Positions 10,117 through 20,535 of a DNA stretch of 64,000 nt are shown piece by piece. Within the stretch, counting starts at the first letter, position 1; every line of letters starts with the position of its first letter. The stretch covers positions 98,761-162,760 of the forward strand of contig JAQTRS010000001.1 in NCBI GenBank assembly GCA_028711705.1, read 5' to 3'. This DNA is from Candidatus Moraniibacteriota bacterium. Lineage in GTDB: Bacteria; Patescibacteriota; Minisyncoccia; Moranbacterales; UBA1568. The translations under genes were made by a program, and so were the position numbers. The notes beneath the pieces were generated by a model. It was not told where the DNA came from. It made no database searches and worked only from the letters and a program-made list of their open reading frames with translations.

Positions 10117-11064
10117 TTACCCGATGCCGATGGAAATCAAGAATTCGGTCAGAGCTTTGCCGCGGAGTTCCTTGTACTGCCCTGGCTTGAGGAGGCCGAT
10201 GCGCAGGCCCATGATACGGACACGCTTGAGGTCGCGGACTTCATAGCCCAGTGCGGTACACATGCGGCGGATCTGATGCTTCTTGCCTTCGGTGAGGATG
10301 ATCTTGAAGACCTGGTCATCGACGGCCGTCACGATGCAGGGCTTGGTCTTGAAGTCCTCGAGCTGGATTCCCTCGCTCATCCAACGGATGAAGAAGGTGT
10401 TGACCTTTTTGTTGACGCGCACGACGTATTCCTTCTCATGAGCGTACTCCGGATTGAGCACCTTGTCGGTCACGCGTCCGTCATTGGTCATGATCATCAA
10501 TCCATGCGAAGCGCGATCGAGCCTCCCTACCGGGAAAACATCGGCCGGAAGTCCGGAAACATCGCGAATACTCTTTTGTCCGATAGTCGAGGTGTGTGTC
10601 GCGATCTTGGCCTGCTTGTAGTACAGGAAATAGCGATACTTCTTCCACGCCTGCTTGAGTTTGCCATCCACTTCGACAGTATCGGTCTCCTTGACCTTAT
10701 CCCCCACTTTCGCGGTAACGCCATTGATAGTCACGAGCCCTTTCTCGATCAGTCTGTCTGCTTCACGACGGCTTGAGAAATTCTTGATAGCCAAGTGACG
10801 GTTGAGACGCATCGGATAGACAGGCGCCTCGAACACGCTCGGCACCGTTTTCTTTTGCTTCGGGAAATAGCTCGCCTTCAGCTTCGGAGCATATTCCGGT
10901 CGCTCATACGAAGAGGTGATGTCTTTCGAATCGGCATGCTCTTTCACGAAAGCCTTGGAGGATTTTTTGACCGGGTTCATACGCTTATTCCCCTTGCGCT
11001 TCGTAGCCGGACGATACGATGTATCCTCCCGCTTTCCCTTAAATTTTGATTGCGTAGCTTTCAT
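10117..11064 (-). CDS. rRNA pseudouridine synthase, RsuA/RluB/RluF family with S4 domain
   Basis: SRREAD S4 motif, catalytic PVGRLD, HEKEY.V, LTEGKKHQIRRM; start placed at ATG 11064. Confidence 0.92.
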   Translation of the reverse strand: MKATQSKFKGKREDTSYRPATKRKGNKRMNPVKKSSKAFVKEHADSKDITSSYERPEYAPKLKASYFPKQKKTVPSVFEAPVYPMRLNRHLAIKNFSSRREADRLIEKGLVTINGVTAKVGDKVKETDTVEVDGKLKQAWKKYRYFLYYKQAKIATHTSTIGQKSIRDVSGLPADVFPVGRLDRASHGLMIMTNDGRVTDKVLNPEYAHEKEYVVRVNKKVNTFFIRWMSEGIQLEDFKTKPCIVTAVDDQVFKIILTEGKKHQIRRMCTALGYEVRDLKRVRIMGLRIGLLKPGQYKELRGKALTEFLISIGIG

Positions 11065-11104
11065 AAGATAAATGTAATAGTAAATCAAGGAAAGAAAAGT
11101 GGGA

Positions 11105-11194
11105 GCAAGATTTTTTCATGACCGTTTGACGTACTCGGCAAGGTCTTGAAAAAATGCTTGCGAACGCTTTTCGGACTATAGTCAAAGCAAAAGC
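11105..11194. repeat. Two adjacent intergenic hairpins (REP/MITE-like or terminator)
   Basis: GCAAGATTTTTTCATGACC (11105-11123) nearly complements GGTCTTGAAAAAATGCTTGC (11142-11161); second hairpin GCTTTT..GACT/AGTC..AAAAGC at 11166-11194. Confidence 0.5.
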
Positions 11195-12897
11195 TATTTC
11201 TTCATGGCAACATTCGCCAAGCGACGGACCATGAACTGCGCTTCCTTGGCGAGTCCTGCAGCATATTCCTCATAGTCTCCCATATGCGTGAGTTTGCCGT
11301 CGGAGAGGAGCGAGGTATCGAGTTTCGGGATACGTTCCAAGAAGTAGCGGTCATGCGTCACGAGGATGACGGTACCGGCATATTTCTCCAGGATTTCCTC
11401 GAGCGCTTCGATGGCCTCGATATCCAAATGATTGGTCGGCTCATCCAATACCAAGACATTCACATTCATTTCGGAATAGATCGCCAAGAGCAAGCGGGCC
11501 CGTTCCCCGGGACTGAGTTCCCCGATGGTATCCCGGCTCGCATCCATCGCGCTGATATGGAAGCGGTGCAAAAGGAGAGCGATCTTACTGGTATCATGGA
11601 TGCCCGCCATCTCACCGAACAGCCATTTGATGGTCTGATACTTCGGGAGATTCTCGTGTTCCTGCGCGAAGTTTCCGATACGGAGCAACTCTCCCCGTTC
11701 TACCGTGCCCGAAAGCGGCAAAAGATCTCCGGTGATAGTTTTAAGCAGCGTGGATTTTCCGGATCCGTTGGCACCGACGATACCGATGCGCGATCCGAAC
11801 GGAATCTGCAGCGAAAGCGGTGCGAGTTGGAATTTCCCCTCGTACCCAGCAACCACATCCGTCAGTACGATGCTTTGGTGCTCCTCATCCGGGATAGCGG
11901 TAAAGCAGATCTGCAAAGGCATACGCTCTTCGAGTTTCTCGACACGCTCGATGTTTTCCATGCGAGTGGTGATGGCATTACCGGTAACGCTGAGCTTTTT
12001 GGATCGATCGCGGGCGAAGTTGCGGCCCATCTTGTCGTTGTCTGTCCACGGCTGAATGGCGCCCTTGGCAGCCCAATCGTGTTTTTCTAAAGCGGCAGCC
12101 CGAAGCCGTTTGAGTTCTTCTTGTTGCAAACGGTAGGCCTCACGCAATCGGCGGATTTCAAGCGCCTTGCGATTGGCATAGTCGGTATAGTTTCCCGTAT
12201 GCAAGAAGGCATCGCGCTTGAACCAATCGATTTCCAGTATCTTGGTCACGACGCGATCCAAAAAGCGCCTGTCATGGGATGCGATGATGCAGATAGCCGG
12301 TGAAGCGATCAGAAACTCCTCGAGCCAAATCAAAGCGGGCAAATCGAGGTTATTGGTCGGCTCATCCAAGAAGAGCATATCCACACCCTTAAGCAGGATA
12401 GCCGTGAGGGAAACCTTGGTCTTTTGTCCGCCGCTGAGCTCCGCGACCGGGTGATCGAGCGGTATAGCGTTCAATTGGAACCCATCCAGCACGGCACGGA
12501 TGCGGCGCTCGAAATCATACCCGCCAGCACGCTGATAGAGCTCCGTGATTTCCGTGTACTCTTCAAGAATGGCTTCCTCATCCAAACGTGGCTCGAGCGC
12601 TTTCATCTTGTTCTCGATCTCGATGATACCGGAAACACGACGGACATATTCCTCGACCGTCTCATGAGGGAGCGCATCGACTTCCTGCGACAAATACCCG
12701 ACGCCGATATGGCGCGCGATACTCACCTCTCCCTTATTGGGCTTTTCGATACCGGCCAAAATCTTGAGCAAGGTGGACTTCCCTACCCCGTTGGGTCCGA
12801 CGAGGGCCGCTTTTTGTCCCGGTCCGAGCGCAAAGGTGATACCGGCCAAGATGGTACGGATGCCGTAAATTTTCGATACTTTTTTGACGACGAGCAT
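11194..12897 (-). CDS. ABC-F family ATPase (ribosome-associated)
   Basis: Two NBDs (GPNGVGKST, LSGGQ, LDEPTN; GANGSGKST, LSPGE, LDEPTN), GNY linker, no TM. Confidence 0.92.
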   Translation of the reverse strand: MLVVKKVSKIYGIRTILAGITFALGPGQKAALVGPNGVGKSTLLKILAGIEKPNKGEVSIARHIGVGYLSQEVDALPHETVEEYVRRVSGIIEIENKMKALEPRLDEEAILEEYTEITELYQRAGGYDFERRIRAVLDGFQLNAIPLDHPVAELSGGQKTKVSLTAILLKGVDMLFLDEPTNNLDLPALIWLEEFLIASPAICIIASHDRRFLDRVVTKILEIDWFKRDAFLHTGNYTDYANRKALEIRRLREAYRLQQEELKRLRAAALEKHDWAAKGAIQPWTDNDKMGRNFARDRSKKLSVTGNAITTRMENIERVEKLEERMPLQICFTAIPDEEHQSIVLTDVVAGYEGKFQLAPLSLQIPFGSRIGIVGANGSGKSTLLKTITGDLLPLSGTVERGELLRIGNFAQEHENLPKYQTIKWLFGEMAGIHDTSKIALLLHRFHISAMDASRDTIGELSPGERARLLLAIYSEMNVNVLVLDEPTNHLDIEAIEALEEILEKYAGTVILVTHDRYFLERIPKLDTSLLSDGKLTHMGDYEEYAAGLAKEAQFMVRRLANVAMKK

Positions 12898-12970
12898 ATA
12901 CGTTTGTTTAGGCTGTTATCGCAACAGTGCTGATTAATATCTATGAATACTCATTATGCCTTATTTCTCC

Positions 12971-13006
12971 AAAAAAAGCAAGGGTATCGCCTATCGATAC
13001 CCTTGC
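12971..13006 (-). terminator. Intrinsic terminator after the GH130 operon
   Basis: 12-bp stem GCAAGGGTATCG/CGATACCCTTGC followed by T7 on the minus strand. Confidence 0.8.
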
Positions 13007-13061
13007 CTGCTCTGAGATGTGCAATTTGTGGCTTGTGCTAAGGGATATACAGGTATCGATT

Positions 13062-14954
13062 TTAGACGTCCATCGCTTTGAGGATGCGGTCGAGCTTGGC
13101 GGTGGCCACGCCCACGACGCTGTCGCCTCCTCCATAGTAGAGGTATATCGTGCCGCCCCGGTTCACGACGCCGCAGGGGAAAACCACTTCATTCACCTGG
13201 CCGTTCTTTTCGTACTCGGTTTCCGGTTCGAAGATGGCATCGGTTGTCCTGGCAAGCAATATGGTCGGGTCTTTCAGCTGCAAGAGCACGGCTCCTACGC
13301 GATAGGTGCTGCTGGCTGACACGCCATGATAAAAGAGGAGCCACCCCTTCTTAGTTTTGATCGGCGGTGCGGCGATACCGACCTTGGCACCGTCCCACAT
13401 GCCGATGCGCGGTCCGATGATCGGCGTGAAGCTTTCCACCTTATCGACGGCGAAATCTAAGGACCTGATCGGATCGAGGCAGATATGGTTATGCGCCCGA
13501 TGGAAAACCAGATAATGCCCGTGTATTTTCTCCGGAAACAGACAGGCGTCCTTATTATCGATGCCGACCGGGGTCACCAGTGCCGGCTGTGTCCACTTCC
13601 AATCCTGCTTGAGGAAATCCTTGGTGGCGATGCTTGAGGCCGCGACCACCGGAGGATTCACGCCGTCATAGGCGGTATAGAACATATGCAGCTTGTCTTC
13701 GAGTTCCGTGATGCGGGGGTCTTCGCAACCGGAATTTCCCGGGTGCGTCTTCCCTTCGAATGCCTGCCGCGGCCCGTATATCGGCTGATCGAACCGTTCA
13801 GTGATATCCTTCCCGTTCTTGGAGGTCGCATAGCCCATCACCGATGTATCATCCATCCCCATCGCGCGGTAGATAATGTGGACCTTGCCCTTCAGATCGA
13901 TGGCGGCCGGATTGAAGACCGCCTTATTTTCCCAGGTGTTCTCTGTAAGCGGCTTGAGAATAGGGTTATCGTGATGACGCACGAATACCGGTTCTTTCTT
14001 GATGCTATACAAGAGGTCTTCCAGATCGACGCTCGCCCGGCAGCCCGTTGTGTCCGTCGCGCCATAGTAGATGAAAAGTTTCTTGCCGGCAACGAAAGCC
14101 CCTGACGGGAAAATGACATTGGGCACCTGCCCGAATTCCTCATAGGTCTCTTCCGGAACCAAAAGCGGCCCGGAGGTGCGCGCGATGATTTTTGAGGGAT
14201 CTTTCAGATCCAAAAGCAGAGCCTCGATGCCGAAGATCTTGTGATCGCTGAAATAATTTTGGATATGCGAATACACGAGCAGCCAGCCGTCCTTGGTCTT
14301 GATAGGTGCGGCCCCGATTTCCACATGATCGCTCTCGCTCCTGCGCAGATCGATACGATGGTCATTAATGTTATCGTGCCACGTCTTCCAGTAGCGCTCC
14401 GACCACATCTCCTCGAGAGTATCGAAGTAAGCCAGCGCCGTGATGACCGGCGGGCTATCTGTGTGCGCACTCAGCATGGCCACATACTTCCCGTTGATCT
14501 TCTCGGGGAAGAGCGTCATCGCTTTGGCATTGAACGGCGTGACCAGGTGGCGCTCCTCTATCCTTTTGAAGTTCTTGGTCAGGGCCACGGCGATCTTGAT
14601 GCCATCGGCGCCGAACGGAAATGTCGAGAGCGCGGTATAGAAAATATAGTAGGTATCGTTGATCTTCGTGACCCTGGGATCTTCGCAGCCGAATTTCTCC
14701 CACTCGAATACGGGCGCGATAAGCTGCTTGCGTTTTTCGAAGTGATGACCATCCGCGCTTTCCGTATAGCCGATGGACGAGATGCGCAGTTCCTGCTTGT
14801 GCACATACTTCACATCCGACACCGCCCGATACACGGAATGCACCTTGTCCTTATCCTGTATAGGGCACCAGTTGAAGGCGCCGAAGGATTCCCAAGCATG
14901 ATCGGATATCGGTTTCAGCAACGGATTGTGAGTGGATCTTCGTATGACGAGCAT
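13062..14954 (-). CDS. Tandem double-domain GH130-family glycoside phosphorylase/hydrolase (DUF377)
   Basis: Two repeats of NP.LKP..WE...FN, GCEDPR, Y..YTA, LFPEKI.G, G.V..V.FP.G, YYG..D. Confidence 0.88.
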   Translation of the reverse strand: MLVIRRSTHNPLLKPISDHAWESFGAFNWCPIQDKDKVHSVYRAVSDVKYVHKQELRISSIGYTESADGHHFEKRKQLIAPVFEWEKFGCEDPRVTKINDTYYIFYTALSTFPFGADGIKIAVALTKNFKRIEERHLVTPFNAKAMTLFPEKINGKYVAMLSAHTDSPPVITALAYFDTLEEMWSERYWKTWHDNINDHRIDLRRSESDHVEIGAAPIKTKDGWLLVYSHIQNYFSDHKIFGIEALLLDLKDPSKIIARTSGPLLVPEETYEEFGQVPNVIFPSGAFVAGKKLFIYYGATDTTGCRASVDLEDLLYSIKKEPVFVRHHDNPILKPLTENTWENKAVFNPAAIDLKGKVHIIYRAMGMDDTSVMGYATSKNGKDITERFDQPIYGPRQAFEGKTHPGNSGCEDPRITELEDKLHMFYTAYDGVNPPVVAASSIATKDFLKQDWKWTQPALVTPVGIDNKDACLFPEKIHGHYLVFHRAHNHICLDPIRSLDFAVDKVESFTPIIGPRIGMWDGAKVGIAAPPIKTKKGWLLFYHGVSASSTYRVGAVLLQLKDPTILLARTTDAIFEPETEYEKNGQVNEVVFPCGVVNRGGTIYLYYGGGDSVVGVATAKLDRILKAMDV

Positions 14955-14958
14955 AGGT

Positions 14959-16812
14959 TTATTTCTGTTTTGGCTTATTAATCTTTTTGGGCGGAGACGG
15001 CTTATTGGTCTTGTATTCGATCTGCTTGGTCAGATCCCCTAAGAATTCATCGATATTCTCCGTCGCGACACACACCACGCTATCCGCTCCCCCGTAATAC
15101 ACGAACAATGTATCTTCCTTGATAACCGCGCCGCACACATAAACCACTCCGGATTTGGCACCGTGATTCTCATAGGCAGCCGACGGCTCCAGGATCGGAT
15201 AGGTGCAGCGGTGCAGGATCTTCGCGGGGTTATGATGATCCAAAATCATCGCGCCCACCTTGTATCTGTTCGGATCACGCTTGTCCATCGCATGATAGAG
15301 CACCAGCCAACCATACTTCGTCATAAGCGGCGGCGCTCCGGCACCGCGTACGATATTGTCCCAACGGTGCTCGTCCACCCCCGGCATCTTCATGCTCTCG
15401 ATCACCAATTTCTCATCATCGAGGCTGTCGATATATTCGATAGAGATCTTCGGCGTGATGCTATGCAAAACAGCATATCTCCCATTGATCTTTTCCGGGA
15501 AAATCATCCAGTTTTTCTGTATCTCACCGGGCTTGGAAATGAGGACCGGCTTTTTCCATTTCCAATTCTTCTTCAGAAAATCCTTCACGCCAATGGATGT
15601 TAGCGCGACACCCGGCGCATGATGCCCGTCGAACAGGACATAGGTCATATAGATGCGGTTGCCGATATGCGTCAGGCGCGGATCCTCGCAGCCCGCCCAG
15701 CTGCCGCCGGAAACATAGGAAGATGCGGGCAGGGTGTTCCGCTGTGCCCCCTCGAACGGATGCACCAGGGTGAATACCGGCCGATCCAACCGTTCGCTTA
15801 TAGTGAAGCCGTCTTCCGACGAAGCGTATCCCAATACCGACATCCCGTTTTCACCGATAGCGCGATACAGAAGGTGGATCTTGCCATCAAGGTGCAGGGC
15901 AGCCGGATTGAATGTCGCCTCCTTTTCCCAGACACTGTCGAGTTTCGGCTCGATGATCGGATTCTTGTGGTGGCGTTTCAGCTGTCTGATCACCTTGGCG
16001 CGCACCAATCCGGACGAAACGAGATTGATGCTCTTGGCGATCACTTCACCCTCGGCAGACACCCAGTATATATGCAAGGCATGCTCGATAATGACCGCGC
16101 CCAAGAACCGCTCGGGATAGTCTTTCTTTCCGATGACCTCTTCCCAGATCGGCGCATCCGACCTCCACAACGGCGGCATATACGGTTTGTCCAACGAGAA
16201 CAGCGCGGCGCCCACCTTCACCGTGCGCGTCGCCTTCTTGCTTTTCGACTCATATAGCACCAAGATACCCTGATCGATAAGGAGCGTGCCGATAACCCTA
16301 AGCGCCCCGTCATCGAAATGGCCTTTTCGCGGCGACAGCAGCTCGCCCGACGTATGCCACGACACAAGGTCGCTTGAGGCGGTGACGGCGATGGACCTGT
16401 CGCCGTAGTAGGAAAGGAATCTTTTCTTATGCTTGTAGCTTGAAATGATGCAGGCGGCATTCGAAGGAAGATCGACATCCTTCTTTATCACCTCGAAGCG
16501 CCGCATATCCTCCGACTGCGCGATCATCATATACCCCCTTCCGCGCACCGTGTGAACATAGGCCAGATAGTACACGCCTCCATATGCAAAAAAAGAACGT
16601 ACATCGCAGTTCTTCAGGGCAACGCTTCTTTTCCCGGAGACGATTTCGATCTCGGACGCCTTCGAAAAATCCAGTCCGTCATGGCTTTGGGCGATGAAGA
16701 TGCGTGTCTTCGTCCCTTCCGTCAAACCATACAAATACACGGCTTTCTTGTCGTGCGCGGTGAGCGTGAAAGGATGTGATATGGCATCGTTTTTCGTTAT
16801 CGCCCTAGTCAT
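14959..16812 (-). CDS. GH130-family protein with a degenerate N-terminal propeller and an intact C-terminal domain
   Basis: C-terminal half has FNPAA, GCEDPR, KNW.IFPEKING, YYGGADS; N-terminal half lacks EDPR. Confidence 0.85.
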   Translation of the reverse strand: MTRAITKNDAISHPFTLTAHDKKAVYLYGLTEGTKTRIFIAQSHDGLDFSKASEIEIVSGKRSVALKNCDVRSFFAYGGVYYLAYVHTVRGRGYMMIAQSEDMRRFEVIKKDVDLPSNAACIISSYKHKKRFLSYYGDRSIAVTASSDLVSWHTSGELLSPRKGHFDDGALRVIGTLLIDQGILVLYESKSKKATRTVKVGAALFSLDKPYMPPLWRSDAPIWEEVIGKKDYPERFLGAVIIEHALHIYWVSAEGEVIAKSINLVSSGLVRAKVIRQLKRHHKNPIIEPKLDSVWEKEATFNPAALHLDGKIHLLYRAIGENGMSVLGYASSEDGFTISERLDRPVFTLVHPFEGAQRNTLPASSYVSGGSWAGCEDPRLTHIGNRIYMTYVLFDGHHAPGVALTSIGVKDFLKKNWKWKKPVLISKPGEIQKNWMIFPEKINGRYAVLHSITPKISIEYIDSLDDEKLVIESMKMPGVDEHRWDNIVRGAGAPPLMTKYGWLVLYHAMDKRDPNRYKVGAMILDHHNPAKILHRCTYPILEPSAAYENHGAKSGVVYVCGAVIKEDTLFVYYGGADSVVCVATENIDEFLGDLTKQIEYKTNKPSPPKKINKPKQK

Positions 16813-16830
16813 TTCTTTTGTTTTACGATA

Positions 16831-17181
16831 TTAGGAAACGCGGCCATATGCATCGTCCAGCCTGACGATATCGTTTTCGTCGAAATCCCCGAAGGCGATC
16901 TCGAGCACCTCCGCGCTATCATCCGGCGCCCCTATCCGATGAATGGTCTGTGCTGGCACAAAAAACTCATCCCCTTGTTTGGCCTGTATGGTCGTCTCAC
17001 CGATAGTGATGCTCGGATGACCCGAAAGCACCCTCCAGAACTCGCTGCGCTTACGGTGCAGCTGCAGACTCAGACGATGCCCGGCGCCCACGCTCAAAAT
17101 CTTTACGGTCGTGGCTTCATTGTCAGTAAACTGGCGAAACGATCCCCACGGACGCTCATCATTTTTGATATCCATGTTCAT
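16831..17181 (-). CDS. Type II phosphomannose isomerase C-terminal cupin domain protein
   Basis: RPWG, RLSLQLH..RSEFW, H R.. , LEI..G.FDE.DIVRL.D.YGR. Confidence 0.9.
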   Translation of the reverse strand: MNMDIKNDERPWGSFRQFTDNEATTVKILSVGAGHRLSLQLHRKRSEFWRVLSGHPSITIGETTIQAKQGDEFFVPAQTIHRIGAPDDSAEVLEIAFGDFDENDIVRLDDAYGRVS

Positions 17182-17257
17182 AGCTTAAGACTGGAAATGC
17201 ACCCCCTCGTATACCTCTATTAAAGCCTCTTGGGAGCAGTCCGTCAAGCCGCTACAT

Positions 17258-17359
17258 TTACCGCATCATTTCCGCGAACTTCCGGATGGTGTTGACGTTC
17301 CGGGCCGTCATATTCTTGTATACGGCCGTCCCAATAAACTTTTTCATACCACTGTTAGA
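17258..17359 (-). pseudogene. C-terminal remnant of a DUF1697-like gene
   Basis: Hand translation SNSGMKKFIGTAVYKNMTARNVNTIRKFAEMMR* matches the T.RN.NT..K C-terminal motif; in-frame TAG immediately upstream. Confidence 0.55.
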
Positions 17360-17441
17360 CTAACGCTCCCGCACAACAAAATACAAGGCTTATGAGAGCC
17401 TTGTATTTAATGTTGGCAATGTGGGACAGTTTTTAAACCAC

Positions 17442-17690
17442 TCACGCAAGCAAATGTATCTTCTCGAGAATCTTCTTGAAACGCGGGTGGGGATAATGCA
17501 TAAGTTCATCAATTGATAACCAGATATAACCGCTCACCTCTTCTTCTTGAATCGTAATAACACTATCATCAGCAATGCATGCGAAACAGAAGTCGTAATG
17601 CTTGTGTTCGGGTTCGCCTTTCTTCGGGTTATGCGGGATAGTATGGATGTCGATATCAATAGGAACACCCGCATGAGATAAAATTGTAAC
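17442..17690 (-). pseudogene. 5'-truncated NUDIX hydrolase remnant
   Basis: Hand translation ...PIDIDIHTIPHNPKKGEPEHKHYDF...QEEEV..Y.W; no start codon or Nudix box; in-frame TAA upstream; terminator hairpin at 17379-17408. Confidence 0.65.
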
Positions 17691-17742
17691 TTATTTAGCC
17701 TGTTCTGCGCCTATTATAGCATATTCAAATTTTGGGTATTTT

Positions 17743-17775
17743 AAAACGGCAAGGTAAATACTATTACCTTGCCGT
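17743..17775 (-). terminator. Intrinsic terminator of the 17832-18563 orphan
   Basis: ACGGCAAGGTAA/TTACCTTGCCGT 12-bp stem, T-run on the minus strand. Confidence 0.7.
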
Positions 17776-17831
17776 CTTATCTCTTGCTGTGTCTAATTTT
17801 TTAACCTCTTTCTAAGTAACCATTCAAATTG

Positions 17832-18563
17832 CTATCCCTGCTTTTCTTGTAAAGCTACTGCCATCACCTGAATGACTTTGCTTTTTGCGAGTCCGTTATC
17901 AACAATAGATTGGAGTTTTGCAAAGGTTTCATTTACAAGCAAATGCGGAGCTTCATCTCCATCAAATATAATTAAATGATGATTTATACTGCCATAAGCT
18001 GCCTTAACCTCTTTCTTAACAAGCTCAGCCTGAGTTGAACAAGGGCAATACCCTGTAGTGAAGCCCCCTTTATCAAGACCTCTCCAATTCCCGCTAGCTC
18101 TCACTGGTCTCACATCAAAATTGAGTATTTTGAAAACATCTCCTTCAAAGCAATTTTGAAACCACGGGCACAATGACTCTTCCAACCACTTATTCACTAC
18201 CTCTTGAAGGAATCCAGCAACCACCTCAACTTGCTTTTTGTTGTACGAAAATGGATAAGTCATGCCAGAAACCTCAATATTTTCTACAAACTTTTCCATT
18301 TTTGAAAACGCTACCGCATCACAATTGTTGCCGGCGCTCTTCAAAAAAACATACTGGGGACTCGCACCCGCAGACATCGCAACCATCGGAACATCGAAGG
18401 ATAAAAGAACTGTGCTTTCAGCCAAAAGATTATTGTTCGGACAATACCTAAAAGTGTCCAAATCGCAACTTTTAGCAAACTCACTTTTGCGATCTAACAG
18501 CACTTTTACAAAGAAAAGGGCGAAAAAAGTTTTTTTACCAACAGCTATGTCAATTGGTATCAT
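17832..18563 (-). CDS. Hypothetical protein (AT-rich orphan)
   Basis: 243-aa ORF, SD GGAGAG, own terminator. Confidence 0.7.
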   Translation of the reverse strand: MIPIDIAVGKKTFFALFFVKVLLDRKSEFAKSCDLDTFRYCPNNNLLAESTVLLSFDVPMVAMSAGASPQYVFLKSAGNNCDAVAFSKMEKFVENIEVSGMTYPFSYNKKQVEVVAGFLQEVVNKWLEESLCPWFQNCFEGDVFKILNFDVRPVRASGNWRGLDKGGFTTGYCPCSTQAELVKKEVKAAYGSINHHLIIFDGDEAPHLLVNETFAKLQSIVDNGLAKSKVIQVMAVALQEKQG

Positions 18564-18730
18564 TGTTGCTCTCCAAAGTTATTTATGAAATTATGAGCTT
18601 CACGCTCACAATATTTTTAATGTGCTTCACGCACGTCGCCAATTCAATAAAGATCGCTCTTTTTGAACTGATTACGCAATATACGCCTATTTTTAACTTT
18701 TGTCAAGATGAATTCTGTTTTCATTCAATG

Positions 18731-18801
18731 TTGGGGAAGAGGGATTCGAACCCCCGATCATAGGACCAGAACCTATTGCCTTACCGCTTGGCTATTCCCC
18801 A
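18731..18801 (-). tRNA. tRNA-Gln(CUG)
   Basis: TGGGGAA acceptor stem, AGCGGTAAGG D-loop, anticodon arm ATAGG-TTCTGGT-CCTAT, GGTTCGAATCC T-loop; CCA not encoded. Confidence 0.95.
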
Positions 18802-18884
18802 GTGATGGCTGCGTATATAAAAGCGAGACCGAAATCTCACTTTTATATACTAGCAAAAATCATAAAAAATGCAAGCGTCCTGCT

Positions 18885-19796
18885 TTAGACCTTCAAATAC
18901 TTTCGTACGGCCACGAATCCGCCCAAAATGCCCAAGAGTATGCCCAATCCCGTGATAGAGAGCGCTATCTTGAAGAAATGGCTGGAATAGTACTGGAAGA
19001 GCGTCCCATCGGCGATGACCCCTTCGGTCAGCGGCGTCATCAGTCGGATGGACACGAAAACGAGGGCAATCGTCACGAGAGCCGCCGTCACCCCGTAGAA
19101 AATACCCTCGAATACCGACGGCATGCGGACATAGGTATTGGAAGCCCCTACGAGGCGCATAATCTCGAATTCATTCCTTCGGGAGTGCATGTTGATGCGG
19201 ATAGTATTGAACGTGATGAGGAACGAGATGGAAATGAAGACGATGCCCAGTACCAGGCCGACCTTTCGTGTCATCTTGTTGATGTTGTCCAAACGCTCGA
19301 TGGCGGTCCTGTTCTTCTCATAGTTGATGCGGCTGATGTCTTCCTTGAACGCGGACTGATTGAGCGCCTGCGCGATGATATCGTATTGCTCCGGGCTGTG
19401 CGCCTTGATATTGAGCGATGCCAAGAGCGGGTTTTCGCCGATTTCCTCGAGGGCCTGCGTGATGACCGGATCATTGCCGCCCATGGAGATGAAATCCGAA
19501 AGGGCCTGGTCGCGGGAAATATATTTCACGGCCGCCACTTCCTTATATTTCTCCAGGCTCTGCTTGATGGAGAGGATGGACTCCTCGGGGACTTCCGGAT
19601 TGAATGAGACGCTGATATTGATCTTGTCCCGCAGGCTGTCCAGGATAAGGCCGGTGGTGACGCCCAGGATCATCGTCATGCTCACGATAAACAAAGACAA
19701 TGTCATGACGACGACCGTTGCCACTGTGAGCCATCCGTTACGCGTGTAGTTTCGGGCGCCTTCCTGAAATGTTCTCCACAACTTAAGTCCTTTCAT
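18885..19796 (-). CDS. ftsX: Cell division permease FtsX
   Basis: RNGW.T.AT, NPL..S, FNTIR.....RR.E.EIMRLVGA, P..FEG; follows ftsE. Confidence 0.93.
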   Translation of the reverse strand: MKGLKLWRTFQEGARNYTRNGWLTVATVVVMTLSLFIVSMTMILGVTTGLILDSLRDKINISVSFNPEVPEESILSIKQSLEKYKEVAAVKYISRDQALSDFISMGGNDPVITQALEEIGENPLLASLNIKAHSPEQYDIIAQALNQSAFKEDISRINYEKNRTAIERLDNINKMTRKVGLVLGIVFISISFLITFNTIRINMHSRRNEFEIMRLVGASNTYVRMPSVFEGIFYGVTAALVTIALVFVSIRLMTPLTEGVIADGTLFQYYSSHFFKIALSITGLGILLGILGGFVAVRKYLKV

Positions 19797-19824
19797 ATGA
19801 TAAAGCTTTATGTATGAGTAAATG

Positions 19825-20511
19825 TTAGAGTACGTATTTCCCGTTCGCCTCGTCGCGGGTCACCCGGCCATTATCCAAGGTGATGACCCGGCGGCCGATC
19901 TTATCCACGATGGATTTATTGTGCGTCGCCAGGATGACCGTCGTGCCGAGCTTATTGATTTCCAAAAGCAGGCTGATGATGTCTTTGGTGGCGATAGGGT
20001 CGAGGTTGCCGGTCGGCTCGTCGGCGATGATCACCTTCGGGTCGCGGATCAGGGCGCGTGCCATGGAAACGCGCTGCTGCTCGCCGCCGCTCAATTGCTT
20101 GGGATACTTATTTTCCTTGCCGGTCAGCCCCACGAGTTCCAGAATCTGCGGCACCTCGTCTTGAATCTCCTCATTGGTCTTGCCATAGACCTCGAGCGCA
20201 TAGGCGACGTTCTCGAAAACCGTCTTCTGGGAGAAGAGCTTGAAGTCCTGGAATACGTTGCCGATATTCCTGCGCAAAAATGGCAGATGCTTCCGCTTGA
20301 TGCCGCTTATCGGCCGTTCGTCGAAGTATACCTCCCCCGTCGTCGGCATTTCCTCCGCATAGATGAGCTTGAGGAATGTAGACTTTCCCGCGCCGCTCTG
20401 GCCGACGAGCGAGACGAACTCTCCCGCCTCGATCGACACATCGACATCCTGCAAGACGATGATGTCTTCCGGGTATACCTTGGAAACATTTTCAAAGCGA
20501 ATCATAGCCAT
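19825..20511 (-). CDS. ftsE: Cell division ATP-binding protein FtsE
   Basis: [42 protein letters not shown]. Confidence 0.95.
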   Translation of the reverse strand: MAMIRFENVSKVYPEDIIVLQDVDVSIEAGEFVSLVGQSGAGKSTFLKLIYAEEMPTTGEVYFDERPISGIKRKHLPFLRRNIGNVFQDFKLFSQKTVFENVAYALEVYGKTNEEIQDEVPQILELVGLTGKENKYPKQLSGGEQQRVSMARALIRDPKVIIADEPTGNLDPIATKDIISLLLEINKLGTTVILATHNKSIVDKIGRRVITLDNGRVTRDEANGKYVL

Positions 20512-20535
20512 ATTTTTATATTCATTTTTTACTGA

